A DNA stretch of 64,000 bases, from contig OZ024745.1 of the NCBI GenBank assembly GCA_964016885.1, forward strand, positions 48,360,001-48,424,000, written 5' to 3'. Below, one piece after another: positions 35,721 to 50,400 of the stretch (position 1 is the first letter of the stretch; each line of letters starts with the position of its first letter). This DNA is from Eledone cirrhosa (taxonomy: Eukaryota). The notes beneath the pieces were generated by a model. It searched no databases and was not told the origin of the DNA. It saw only the letters and a list, made by a program, of their open reading frames with translations. A program made the position numbers and the translations under genes.

Positions 35721-38700
35721 TTGGCGCCATAATGCAAACAATCAATATAACACAAGCTCGCGTAGTCCTTGACCTCTTAACGAAATTACTTTCAATTAAC
35801 TCAATCGTTTTTAAACAGGATCTCCCGTTATCTAGTTTTGCAACTAAGGGCAGACGACAGGCGGGAACAAAGAGATGGCTACGCAGTTTCATGGCCTGCT
35901 AGAAATAGCAGCCTTGACAATGTAGTGTTGGTTATACGGGAAGATGAGATGGTCACTGTTAAAACTTATATGATCATATGTCTTCTTATCGATCAGGCTT
36001 ACGTTTGGGTAAACAATAACTACGTGATGATTACAGCTAGATTAATCGTACAAACTATATTTGATCATCTTCCAATTTGTTATGTATATATATATCCTGA
36101 CAATTGTTGTCTCTTCTTCACCCATTCTATGTCTGTCTTTGAAAAGCTAGACTATTCACCATGGTTGTGTTAAGTTGCTTCGCAACCATGTAGTTCTGGG
36201 TTCGATCCCATTGCGTGGCAAGTGTTTTTATTAATGCCTTCTGGTAGTCGCCCCCCCCCCCCCCCCCTCCACATACATACATATATATATATAATGTGTG
36301 TGTGTTTCACTCTCTGTAAAGGTCATATCAACACCATATAATTCAGCAGTGGTATTTGTTTGTTCCTCTTAAACAATACATAGTATAACTAGTTTAGTGT
36401 CGCTCCACAATTTGTTTTCTCATAAACTGTCTTAATATTGAATGATTTTAATGACATTTTGTAGAGATACATTTTCGAAGGTGCTGATTACGATTTTCTT
36501 TTTCTTTTGCAAGTCATAGTAGTAGAAATGGCATTACATTCCAATATAAAATCTATTGCATTATCCAGTGATATGACACTAGAAACACAGATCGAAAGTA
36601 TACAATTATGAAAGTCTAGAAAAAAAAATAGCATCAACAATATAGTAAGAAAAAATATGCATTAAGTTACAAGGAAACAAACCTGGGGGGTTGGGTTGTA
36701 GTTATGCTCAATACATCCCATAACTTAAGCGGTTCGACAAACGCCAGTGATGTATCTCATACTTAAAAATAGTAAAGTATGAATTGGCGTGAGGATGGTC
36801 ATCTGGTGATAGAAAAACAGTCTCTTAAAAGTTTCATCTACCCATACCAGACGTAAAAAGGATTATGATTGTAATGAAGGCTAATGGAGTTCTGATATGC
36901 AAGCCTATATGAATAACTTCAAACACTCAAAATATCTCTCTTTACCCTTCGATAATCCATCTTGGGACATATTACATGTGTTCTCATATGTGGATATGCC
37001 ACAGAGTTTTCACTTCATGTCCTTCTTCAATATTCCTCATTTACCATCACTGTTGCATATGATGTGTTGAGTAGATTCTCAAGTTAACAAGCCTGAATTA
37101 CTGGTTGTTTCATTTATGATTGGTTCAGTTTAAACACTTTCATTGGGTTGTAGTTATCTTCGGTATAATTTCATTGGTTTTTCACATACTCAAGACTTCT
37201 TTACTAAAAATTCTTCTGTTGTGCTAAATATTTTTACCATTTCATGTAGCCATATTAAGGACTTTTACAGTATGGTAGGTTTGTATTACTTGTAATTTTG
37301 AATTAAGAAGTTTTTAGCTGTTTGGTTGAACATTTTCTGGTCTATGTCTCTCAAATCTGGTATGAGCTTGATAGAGATGTCATTTTACTGTGATGGCATC
37401 GGTGAGATGGATTTGCAACTTAATCTATCTCCAATTATCATAATCCTGCATCATCTCTTCTATGAAGCCTAAGTGTACTCAGATCTATCATCAATACTTA
37501 ACACATATACTTGAATCAAAATCAATCTTATGTAAAAGTTAACCCATTTTGGAGGAGAGCTAAAAATCTGGAAATGTTCATGTATTTCATGTTAAAAGGT
37601 GATATCAAGTTTTCTTGTAACTAGTCAACATTTTGTTGGATTATCCTGTATATAAATATGGGAAAGAAACAAAATTTTTCCATATTGTGTGTTTTAACGA
37701 AGTTCACTCAAACATTAGATTATGAATTTGTAAAGTTTATTATTGAAAAAAAGCCCACTGCAATTACTATAATCCATTTAGTGTGATACAAAATACATCG
37801 CACCAACATTTATTATAGAAACTAGACCATATGAATTTACTTGTATAATTCATTATAGTTATTTCTGGAATGAGTAATACTTATACAGTTATGAAGCAAT
37901 GTAACCAGTGTTATCAAATAAGCAATGATAGGCAAAACCTCTGATTCTGCATAATGACTCACTAGCTTAGCACCAATCTATCCCTAGCATTTTCTGCCTG
38001 AAAGACCATGTCAAATCAATTTTGGACCATTTGCACTTAATTTTATTTTATCCATTCATAAGGAATGTATAGAGCAATAGTCATAACAAATCTGATTCCA
38101 GAAAGGCTGAATTTCACTAAGTTGCTCTTACCATTTTGAAATTCTAATCTGTATCTCACCAGTTTAAAAGATTATGAAATTGAATTGACATATGCAATTA
38201 TTGGTAGTAAACTGAATTTTACTAATTTTACCAATTTGTGAGGTAACTGCTCACTGATATACAAGCATGCATAGAAAACAGATTTATAAAGAATGAACAA
38301 AGGAACGCTACATGCAAGCATGTAAAAGTGATTGAGTTAGTATTTGGTAACAAAAATATTTTTGGTTAGTGAATATCATGATTTCTTTGTTTTCTGTGGC
38401 CTCTGACCAAGTTAAGGAAAAATAATTGAATAAATACAGAACAAACGTTTGTGTCATGACTTCTCATATGTTTATGATTGAATACATTCATAAGAGCAGT
38501 TATGAGGAGTGAAGTAGCTCCACAATGATCAACTAAACAAGGCTTAAGATGTTGAGTAAAATTGGTTGGCTTTCTTTTGAGCTAGCCAATCAAATAATTG
38601 GTAAACTGCTCATAAGTATTGCACTGTAAATGTTTTTCTAGTGTGATCTGGCATTGATTCATCCTCTTTTGGTTTTGACATTAAGCAATCAGTTGTTTAA

Positions 38701-39394
38701 CTGATCATCTATCTTGTGAATTAACATGTAAGTGGTTGAGTATTCCACAGATGTGGATCCTTAATGTAAATACCCAAATGAATCAGCATGACAGTATGTA
38801 ACAAGCTTGGACCTTTGAATTATAAGTATTGGCCATCCGATGGGTTTCTAAACAATTTCCATACTGGAGCATTTTCTCTATTCTCATAGATGTTGATATC
38901 TGCCAGAATAACCTAACTGGAAAGTTCACATTGTTACCAAATATACATGTGTAAAAGTCAACACCATATGTTTAGATTTTCCCATGGATCTCAGGTAAAA
39001 GTCAGCTCTAGTTTTTCACAGACAACAGACCAACATTTGTGAATCGAAATATTATCCTGATCATAAATGTTATGAAAAGGAAATGAAATTTTCTCTTATT
39101 GTATTGAGAAACCAAATAAGGCCACATCAATATTATAAATATTCCTTTGCCATTCCGAGTTCAAATCCCGTCGAAGTTAACGGGGTCGATAAAATAAAGT
39201 ACCAGTAATGTACTGGCCTTGTGCCAATAGTAGAACCAATTATCTAGATAAACCATTGCTCCCGGATCCAGTGGTGATATGTATTTCTTGTGAAATGTTT
39301 CGTTTGTTTGCTTGTTGTGCAAACAGTCATAGCTACAATACAGCTAGGCCAAAATTCATTAAGATAATATTACTGGGGCAGTATATAACACTGA

Positions 39395-39680
39395 TGGCAC
39401 ATGGCTTAGTGGTTAGAGCAGTGGGCTTGCAATCATGAGGTTGTGTGTTTGATTCCCAGACCAAGGTGTTCATTGTTGTCCTTGAGTAAGACACTTTATT
39501 TCATGTTGCTCCAGTTCACTCAGTTGGACAACATCTATGACATGGATAGGGGAGACTGGTGTGTACAGTTGACTGCTGGTCTGCCACAGAAATACCTTGC
39601 TTGTTCTTGAAAGGGAACCTTCCAGGTACAAATCCCATGGTTATTTGTGGGTGAAGAGGGTCTTTACCCTTGTATATAAC
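39395..39680 (+). mobile_element. Second tRNA-derived SINE family (CORE/Meta-like); copies at 59185-59430(-) and 1090-1253(-)
   Basis: A box tggcttagtggttagagc, B-like gtttgattcc, central gtccttgagtaagacactttatttca. Confidence 0.7.
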
Positions 39681-39839
39681 ACCATTATATATTTACCAGT
39701 AGTTAACTATAATTATCATATCTTTGGAAGGGTATTTACAATATATTTTAGTAACACAAAAAAAGATACAGGTCTACCTATCGTTTGCAGATGTAAACAC
39801 TGCTTGGTTGAAATGTATTGACAATATATTATTACTAAG

Positions 39840-40024
39840 GGCGGTGGATTGGCAGTATCAGTAGAGGGTCGGACGCCATGCTTCGCAGCACAGTTACGTC
39901 CCTTTACGGACTGAGTTCAAAATCCGCCGAGGTTAACTTTGCCTTTCATCCTTAAGGGGTCGATAAAATAAAGTACCAGTAATACACTGGGATAATTGCT
40001 GGCCTTGTGCCAAAAGTAGAAACA
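39840..40024 (+). mobile_element. Young tRNA-derived SINE
   Basis: TSD attattactaag (39828-39839 / 40025-40036). Confidence 0.9.
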
Positions 40025-42698
40025 ATTATTACTAAGTTTCAGATTGTTGAATTTTAAAAATAAAATACTGATCCTCTATTTATTTTACAGTAATACTTTG
40101 CTCTTGTTTCATGGAATAACAAGACTTGATTCCTTCTTGCTTCCATGCAAGCTTTAATTGGTATATGCAGCTGTAGATCGCTCTTAGCTACAGTGATCAG
40201 TAAAATTATTATGACAGTCAAATATATATTAAAAAAACAAACAAACAAGTAGCTTAAAATGTTATTTGAAGCATTACAAAAAACAGACAAGGGAATCATG
40301 ATAATTATACTTTGAGATTTAAATTTTTATTTAGCCAGCTAGCTGAGTGTAATGGAGAGCAAGTGAAAATATTTGAGAGCTATGTGGCCTTATGTGTTTG
40401 GATGTATAGAAACATTGGCATTATTAGTGTAATTCATTTTGTTGTTTTATTCATTTAGAATCCACTTGAGCTTGTATTTTGGATTGTAGTGTGAATTTTA
40501 ACCCCTTGAAAGTAGTATCAATGTAGTGGTTGACCTATAAATTTAACCTAAAAAGTAGTAATCTGACTTTTACATAAGTGTATATGCTTCTGTATGTGCG
40601 AATGTTTCATCTGATGTGACAATCACAAATTGTAACAAAAACATTTGTGTAACCTTAACAAACTCTTTTGATTATGTCATTGTTTTATTTGATCTATGAA
40701 TTAGCAATTCAATATTTTGTCTAGTTCTATGTACTTCTTTTAAAATGATTTTTCATGAACTGTTACGGTATAATCTTTTTCTGTGTGTGTGTATTGCTTT
40801 TTGTATATGCTAGCAAAGTCCATGTGAATTTTGTAAAAGTTTTTTCCCAGCTGGATACCATTGCTAAGTAAGAGTGAAACCTATTTGTAAGCTAAACAGT
40901 GTGTCAAATGGTGGATCTACTATGAAACTAATGAAGCTTAATCTTCATGGACTCCAGAAGCAACTTATTGTCCTATTGTTACTGCTTGTGAAGGAGTCCC
41001 CTTATTGGTTCAAGCTTCACCCACACTTATGTGTTTTGGTTTAGCAAAATGATTGTAATATTTAAATCATATAATCAAACATCTTAAACCTTACAATAAT
41101 TGGTAGTCGTATCTCATGTATATACTTTTCTATTATTCTTTTGACCTTTTCACATCAGTGGCTTCTGAAATTCTGACCTATGATTTGCTTCAATCTCCTT
41201 TGGTCAGGGGTCAGGAAACATTTCAATCTGAAGAGCCAAAAATAGACTTGAGACTATTCGTAGCAGTATAATTTATTATAAACCAACATACATGAATTTA
41301 GCTAACGATTTTACTTACACAATGCAAATTTTAGCTTTGAATCTCATTTGGAATTGCTTCAGTGTCTGGCTAATAAGTTGTGTTATTTATTTTAACAATA
41401 AAATAGTAAAAAAGATGTTTAGCTTTAAAGCTCATATTCTGTATTTTGTTTGTAAAATTATCCATGGCAAATTATCTTTTATACTCTGACACTTAAGCTA
41501 TGTTCTATGCCAACAGCCATCTTCCCTTGATAGATGGCCTGCCATAATCTAGCATTTCTTTACAGATCTGTGACACTTATGTTTGTTTGTTTTTATTCAT
41601 TTCTTTTACATCTAAATGCTCCTTAATGAAGCTATCTCTTCTAAGCGAATGTAAAACTAGTGTAGGTATGTAGATTTAGTTTTGTTGGATAACTTCTAGT
41701 GTTTGTGTTATGTTAAAAATATGGCAGTTGACACTAGGAAGAATGTCACAGGAATCACTAATATTTCATGAATTCAGAGCGAGACCTACAAAGATAGTGT
41801 ATTGAAAACCTATTAAATTTTGGGAGTATGGAGATACAAGGACACAGTATGAATGACAAGATGAGAATCAAGTGAGTTGAGTGCCTGAGTGGAGATGGCA
41901 TGAAATTAGCCTGTTCTGAGGAGCAGAGGCCACTGTTCTAGGTGAACTTGAACTCATAGAAGTGCATGTAGATGATTACACATTTTCCTTTGTTTTTGAG
42001 TTTCTGGTCATCGTGTTTACCTAGGAATATCAATATTCAGAAGTAATATTCCAATAACTTCTAGGGTTAAAGCTCAGGAAAAAATCCTCTACAAATTTAG
42101 GACAAGTCAATGAGACTTAATAAGGATTATGCAAGCTCGTCAGCTTGCTTATCATACATACCTTCAGCAGCAGTGTCAGCAGTTACATTCCAATCTTTCC
42201 ACACGTTGCTTGAATATAAATAGTATTTAACAGACAGCTATAGCGTAAGAGCTTCAGAAACATCTCTGTCTTGATACACTCTACAACCTGGCATTGCTTT
42301 TACTACCACTAAAATCTTGCAATGAAGGTATTGAATGATTTCTTAAACCCCAGTAAACCTGAGGGTGCACAATTTTATTATGATGGTAGGTAAATTTTAA
42401 TGGGTTTTTTTCCTCCCTTTGTTATTTTATATTTCATCAAACTAACATTTCTTTTTTGTTTAATCTTAATGTCTATAAGTTTAATTTGTGATGACTGCCA
42501 CATATCATTAAATAAATATGTGTAAAAGTTTTTCAGTTTATTTGAGATAAAGACTTCGTAATGAATATGAAACTATTATTGTGTGATACAGAAAATGTTG
42601 CTCTTGTTAAAAGGGAAGTATTTTAGTGACAATATAAAACTAATTATTGCATCAGAAAATTTCATTGTTTTTATCTTTTTGCAGATTCCATCGACAGC

Positions 42699-42985
42699 AT
42701 GGAATTAGATAATGAAGGCATAGAAAAAGAGATGGTTTTTGTTGACAGTAATCATCATAAAGATTTGCTGTCTTCTTTAAACTTGTTACAGAAAAGTGGA
42801 CAGTTCTGTGATGTGACGCTGGTAGTTGGGAAACATGAAATCGCTGCTCATAAAGCAGTCATGGCTGCTGTTAGCTCTTATTTTTTCAATCTGTTTACCA
42901 CAAAAGATTCAGTTAATATGTATGAATTAACTGATATTGACTACCGTAGTTTCCAGCACTTACTCAACTATGCCTATACTGGACA
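42699..42985 (+). CDS. IVNS1ABP: Coding exon 1, BTB domain
   Basis: Acceptor tttttgcag at 42684, ATG at 42699, LLQKSGQFCDVTLVVGKHEIAAHKAVMAAVSSYF...LLNYAYTG, donor ca|gtaagt (phase 2). Confidence 0.95.
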
Positions 42986-45905
42986 GTAAGTTAACTTTTT
43001 GTATACTTTCCTTTTATTTGTTTTATATAAACCTTACATGCTATTTTATTCTTTTTGTTATTTTCATTTAAAGCTTGAAGAATGAAAATAAGGTAAAAAA
43101 ATATGTTGATATTTTGCTTAATTTAAAATATCTACAAAGTTTGGTAGTTAATTGAAATTTAAATCTTTAGTTAATTTAGATGAGCAGTGAAAGAGTAATT
43201 AAGTTTTTTTTTTTAAATATACACATAATTAGCATTAGTTTGTTTGCTTTTTGTCTTTTAACATTAAGAAACATTTGATAGCTTTCAAAAAATATCTTCA
43301 GGCTTATTTATTTTCATAATTTCACATAATAAAAAAAAATATTGTTAGCTGCATTAATATCTTGCTTTTAGTAGTGCCATACAATTTATAACTTACTTTA
43401 AACTACCTTGTTAATAATGTATCTATCTCAGATGTTAATTTTTATATTTGCTCTGTAACAGATACTGTCATGTCAAAGTGGAACTCCAAAAGTGGGTGAG
43501 CTTCACTTATGATATATTCACTAGTGAAACAAAAATCCAATATGCTGAAGTATGTTTTTATTTAGTATTATTATAATTTAGATTTATGAGCATTTTCTTC
43601 ATTGTCTATTTCTTTATTACTTTTTAAGAATATATATATATTTTTTAATTTTTGATTGTCCACTTGATCTATTTTTACTATATCTGCAATATGTACACAC
43701 ATTTCTTGTAAAGCCCTTTTTAAAATTTATTTTCAGGTCCGAGAATATTTTTTCTTCAAATGTTTGCTAATCTTAGTCATTTTAAAATTTTACTTTTATT
43801 CAAATAGATTCATTAATAAAAGTTCCTTTTTTGTCTTTTTTTTTTTTTTTTTTTTTTAGTAAAGATGAAATTTGAACATGCATTTTCTCCTCATTATATT
43901 GTACAGTTTTAAAGTTTTATAAGAAATTTTTTAAAAATATTCTAGCTTATGAATTGTGCATAGAGAATATTTAATGTGTGCAATGTTCTCATGTTCAAAT
44001 AAATATATAAAGTTGTATGTGAACCTAGAGCTGATGAACACTAGATGAAATCCAACTAGCAATAAAAAGTTTATGCTAGTCACATGCTGTGTATGTATAG
44101 CTGTCAACTTTTCTCTCCAACAAACTATCTAATTTTGGAACCAAGTCCTAAAATAGTCATGGCTGGAAAGACAAGCAAATGGTTTCAGCTAAGCAAATTT
44201 ACTTTGGCAAGATAGTGATGTGGTCGTATTACAGAAGACTAAACAAGAGTTGATGAATTTTGCTGGTTTGGTGTTTGCATTTTCAATCCTATCAAAAAGC
44301 AGATTTTCATTTGTCTTGGTCAGCCAAATAGGTAGTGACAAATTAAAAGAAATGCTTCAAATCCACTATTGTCTTCTACAGTTGGAAATTTTTAACCTAG
44401 ATCACTGTCACAAACAAACATTGATTAGATCTATTCTGAAAAGGCTTATTTATATAATAAAGTTGAATTTTGAATATAAAATAGTGTACTAATATATATT
44501 TCCCCTTGTTCATTGTCTTTATCTTTTTTTATCTAAAAATTATACAGGAAAAATTTGTTTTACAAATTTCTATGAAATATTTCTTTTTCTAGTTACATCC
44601 ATTTTTGTCAATCATAAATATATACATTTCAAGTATATAGAATATATGATATAAAATATCTAAATGAATAAAAAAGATAAAGACTTATATTTATCTTAAT
44701 ATAGTTGTGTCCAAATCCATATTGATTTTTTTTTTTTCTAAAATCCTAACCATTCTAGAATTTTGGAGAATTAGTTCATCATTCTTTATATTTTTTTAAT
44801 TTGCATTCTTATTTTTATTAACCTATTTTGCTGGCACATGAACATGCTATTACTTTTTCCTAGTATTAAAACACTGAAATTGATTTTATTCAATTTGAAT
44901 GAACATGCTGCTATACTGATTTTCTTTTCTTTATTTCTTTTTGTTTAAATATTTCTTTATAGCACTAAAATGTCATGTATTTTATGAATTTTTCTACTTC
45001 ATATGGCAATTACCAATCACTCTATTTCATGATATTGAATTTACTATATGAAGAAAAAGAAAAATGAAGCAATTTTTAATAATATATATATATAAAAAAT
45101 TTTATAATCTAGTTATATATTCTAGACTTTTTTTTTTTTAGAAATCCCTTAGAATCGTTTAATATTTTTCTAATTTATATTTTTTTTAACCCAATAATTT
45201 TACATTTGAGACTTCAAATGGAATAAATCTTAAGTTCTTACATATGCTGCTATAAATGTGAAAATAGGAACCACTCTCTTGATACAACTGGCAGAAATTG
45301 TAATATTTTCAAGAAAAACCCAATTTCACAAAAAAATCATTTAGATTGAACAATATATCAGTTGGTAATCATTTATATAATAGTGTCTTTAATCATAACT
45401 GGGTTGGTAATTGATCAAAAAGGAAGAAAAATATTTATTTTATTCCAACCACCAAGTTTTTCTTAATGCTTTTACAGTCTGCTCTGAAGGTCATCCACTA
45501 ATATATTACATTAAGTCCACTGTTAATAAATGAATATTTATTCAAATTTAATTAAAATGTAAAGATTCCTTTGATAAACATTTACAATCAAACTCTAAAA
45601 TAGTTTGAGATTTACTGTCTATTCTTAATCTAAGAGATTCTGTATATCCATAAACAATTGCATTTAACATTATTCCTTTGCCCTCTTTATTGTTATTTTC
45701 CCTTAAAAGAAAAATTTCTTCGCTTCCTCTGTGAATTGAATAAAGTTAACTTTATCTCAATTCAGACTCCATTCATGATCATCACTGCAGACTGTAATAT
45801 AGTTATCATAAATATAAATTGTTTTCCTCTGTCTTTACTGTACTACAGGCGGGTAAGTTGACTACTGTAATGTACGGTAACAAGCTCTCTTTATGCCTCC
45901 TGCAG

Positions 45906-46030
45906 ACTGCAGCTTCCAGGTGCGGAGGTAAAGACAGTATACAAGGCAGCCATGCAATTGCGGATTGCTTCAGCAGCCAAGGCCTGCTCTGATTTCCTGG
46001 TGGCTAACCTCTCCCTTTCAAATTGTCTTG
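45906..46030 (+). CDS. IVNS1ABP: Coding exon 2, end of BTB
   Basis: cctgcag|a; QLQLPGAEVKTVYKAAMQLRIASAAKACSDFLVANLSLSNCL; g|gtattt. Confidence 0.92.
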
Positions 46031-47253
46031 GTATTTATCATTCTTGGGACACATTCTCTTGGTTTGTCAGTAGTTAATATCCTTAACTGCAGCATTTTTT
46101 GCAGTTGAGAAACTTTTCTCCCTCCCTCTTTCTTTCTCTCTATTTCTCTCTTTTTCTCTCTTTCCCTCTCTTTTTCTCCTCTTTCTTTCCCTCTTTCATC
46201 CAAACTTTCCTTTTTTCACTCTCACCCTCTCATTTACATTTTTTTTCTCTTTCCCTCAGTACATTAATTTTTAAAAATATATTTAATTAATATCTCATCT
46301 TTATATGAAATATATAACTATAATATTGTCCAATTTTATTATATATACATCTATATTTAATAATTAAATATTGGTTTGTATTGATTAGCTAACAGTCTGA
46401 ATTTATTTTCATGTAGTAAAATTCTGATTATGATTTTGTCATCAGCAAGGACAGAATACTTTAATTTCTAGTGATTTCTTGTTAATTATTTTCACTTTAA
46501 CTCTCAACATCCTGTTATGATTTAGCAGAAAATATTTTAAAAATTGGCTTCCTAATTCAAATGTGTATAGTATCTTTATTTGTGGACAGATTGTGAAAAT
46601 TGGCAGTAAACTAAAGGCTTCAATTTTTAATGTGATGTCATAGTGTTGTTTTGTACTTTTCAAAAATGTCTTGTTCATGCGGTTTCATGTGGTACAGGAC
46701 TTTAGGAGTTAAAGTCAACAATTTATAAATTTTTAATAGTTTTACTAGTATAGGTTTTATTTCGAAAGTGCTCAACTTTTAATTATATTTAGTTAAAAAA
46801 ATTCATTTTATTTGCAATGTTAACATGAAGCTAGCCTTTCTATTTGGTTAATTTGTTATCAGTTCATTTTCTTCTATTAAATTTTTGGACTGAAGGGCCA
46901 GGTTTTATTACTTTAAAATTATGATTTTATCAGTAGTTTTAAAAATTTTTTTTTTTCAAACTTATCTTATCTTTTTTGGAGTGTTTATCATAAAATGCAT
47001 GAGAATAATATTCCTCACATTATTCAGGAAGATAGTTTCCTGTCACTTTATATGTAAATAATTTTTCTCTTTTGGTCATAACACTATGGAAATAAGTTTT
47101 AAAAACTTGTTGTCCAAGTTTCTTGTATACTTAATATTAATATATATTTCCTACTCTTACTATCCTTTGTTACTGTAATACTTTCTTGAAAATAACTTTG
47201 TCTTATTTATTCTTATTAATTCTACATAACTTTGTCAGTGTTTTATTAATTGC

Positions 47254-47466
47254 TTAACTCTTTAGCATTTAAACCGGCTGTATCTGGTCAGAATTCTCTC
47301 ATCTCTTTCTGTTCAAACCAGCCGTAACCGGCCACTCATACCGACATTAAGGTATTGGTCTAAAAATAAATATCAAAATCTCATAGATTCGATATTATGT
47401 GAGCTAAAGCCTCTACCATGAAAATACAATAGTATATATATAGAGTAATGTAAATGCTAGTGTTAA
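47254..47466. mobile_element. TTAA MITE family A copy (intronic)
   Basis: Closely similar to 1703-1916. Confidence 0.8.
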
Positions 47467-50400
47467 CAAAAATTGTTGCTTCCTAAGGTTTGGAATAAGG
47501 TGAAAAAAACAATTATTTTTATAACTACCACTGTAGATTCTAGTTTTAATCATAGTTATAATCTAGTTATAATGATAGTGACAAAAAAAAATAATCATGA
47601 TGACCATTATTTAATGTTTTTCCATGATGGCGTAAGTTGTATAGGTTATCACAGTCAGTAATTAGAGCTACTTCTAAAATGATCTGGAGGCTATGTCTTG
47701 GTTATATATCTTGTTTTGGCATGGTTTCTACAGCTGGATGCTCTTCCTAATACAACTACTTTACAGTGTGAATTGGGTGCATTTTATTGTGGCATCACCA
47801 ATAGAGAGGTTGTCATGTCTTTGATATAACTAAAGATTACTTTCAACCATCTAAATGATATATACACACATGTACATACAATTGACGAAAGGTAGTATAT
47901 GACATGACTAGGGCTTCAAGCAGACTAAATATTATGTCAGCTTTCTCTAAGGTTTCTAACTGTCCTTTGTTATATATTTTTTAATCAAATTTCTTTAATC
48001 CATTAACACTTCCTTAGTATCTCTTCCATCACAATGGTGAGTTGTGTCAGTTTATATATCACCAACATTTATTTGCTTTTCTGTCTTGGAGACAAAAAAG
48101 AATTCCTTTTGGTCTGAATTTAAAGCATCATTATACTAGTTAGGTATAATAGTGAATATGTACCACATGGTTATATAGTAGGTCTTATCTTATATTTTAC
48201 AGCTTTCTTTTAAATCAAAAATACTGGAGATAATACAGTAATTAGATGCGTTTTATTTTAGTGCATAGGCTATTAAGCATTTCAAGTAATAAAGAGTATC
48301 TAGTGTTATTCTGATGGATCTATTTGTTTTTATGCCTGTGTGTGTATACATACACACACTTACAGATGCATATAAAGATATAGGTACATATGCATACAGA
48401 CAAAACAAAAAACACACGCACAAATACTTTTATACCATATATGCACACACAAATGCAGATATATATATTGTATATATACACAATTTAGTGACATTTTTTT
48501 ATTCTCATAATTGTGCCTGTATGAGTAAATGTGAGTCTGTTTACATTTATCGATTGGTTTCTAAACATCCAACTACAAACTAATTAAATGTCTTTCTCTC
48601 CTCTCTTTCTGCCTATCTCTTTCACACACACAACTGCTTTTTTATTCACTTCAAATACTTGAAAATCTTAATGTATTTCTGGTCATTTGTAACTTAACTC
48701 CTAGCCATCTTCCTGAGTAATTTGTTAAATACATCCATAAGTATGATCAATTTAGTCTCATAATATTAGTTTGGCCCTAAGCAAGGATGGTTCTTCTACA
48801 CAATTCATTTATTCCATAGAAAAAAAAATTGTAACTCTGAGAATATATGAAAATAAGAAGGCTAGATAGTCATGGGAATAAGTATTTCTTGAACCAGCAT
48901 AATGGAAATAAAATCAATTGTGTAAGTCTAGCATTAAAAGTATGTTTACAATCTGATTTTCTAACGACATCTTTGTTGTGAAAACTTGCAGTCTGTGGAA
49001 TTGATACTAATATATGGTCATAATGATGTATCTCTACAACAAATATGGCTTCTGTTTATTCCAGTTTAGTGCATGAGCATTGTGAAACACTTCTGGGAGA
49101 AAATAGTTCTTGTACAATAGCAGCATTTTACTGCTTAAAAGGCACCTTTTGTCCTCAACTTGAACTTGACTAATAACTCCATTGAAGTGTGTTCATATCT
49201 CTTTAAGTAAAAAAACCACCTCAGATGTCATGCACCCCTGGAAACCATATGGACTGATAAGTCATTTCAAGAAATGGGACTAATTTGAGAGATTCAAAGC
49301 TTAACAGTACTATATGTGAAAATGAAAGGTATTTGAAATATACCTGGTGTAGTTTAGCTGTCTACTTTCAGAGAAATATCTCAGATATACAATAAAAAGC
49401 AACTCTGAAATCTATGTTGAGGATAAGTGAATATATCACCTTGGCTCCTCAATTTCCATGTTTGCTTTTCTGACATTGCAGCTCAATCAGGGGTCTATCA
49501 CAGAGGGATTTTATCTTCTAGAATTCAATTTGTAAATGGAAATATTTTAGTCTATAAAATATCAATATCTTCATAACTAGTGCCAGGAACTTTCTGAAGC
49601 CTGATAAAAATATTAATGATCTAAATAAAAATGGAAATATTTACAGTTAAATAAAATGTTCAACAGTTGTATCTGGAAGATATTCCAAAGATTGTTCTAT
49701 TTTTCTCTGTTAGCATGGTCAGGATTTATTATTTTATTTTTGTTGTTGAAAATTTATAGTTATCGTTGTAGGAATTGTTTTTACAGCTGGATGCCCTTCC
49801 TCCCTTGTGAACAGTCTTTAAGTAGGAGTAGAACTCTCTATCACTCATACAAACTGAGGGAAGATATCTACTTTGCCTCAACCATAATCACACAGATGCC
49901 TGTTCTTTGCCAATTTATTTTTTCTTGCAGTTAATCTCAGCATAAATGTAGTATGTGGTTCCACACCCTAATATTTTAACTACATTGTGTCAAACTTTTT
50001 CCTACACTAACTCCATTATGGCTTCTTTGTAAATTTTCAGTAACCTCTGAGACCGACTTTCCCACATCTTTCTTTTCATCAACACTGAAGGGAAATGTGT
50101 GCTAAAGTTATTTCAGACATGCTTCCTCATCAATGGCCTCATCATTTCTGTTGAGACATTATTTCACAATTTGAAATACCTCACAACCTCACATTTTTCA
50201 TATAGAGCATTAAAAAAAGTTTCATGCTATTCTGTTGCTACAGTTTTGGTAATAATTTTAAAAAAAATTCTCTCCCTTCTTGCTTATCTTCTACCGTCTA
50301 CTGTATTTCACTGTGTTAATATCTGGCTAGCCCTCAATTCTAATTAAATAGTGATTACTCTAGATGTTTCTGCCATTTCCAACCCCCATCTCTCCATATA

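Noticed and set aside
36900-37655. Possible third Tc1/mariner remnant on the minus strand
   Set aside because: Only a TIR-like end (ggattatcctgtata) and faint motifs; too degraded to support.
44025-44065. CTGATGA...GAAA hammerhead-like string
   Set aside because: No convincing stem I, II or III and no correctly placed UH cleavage site.
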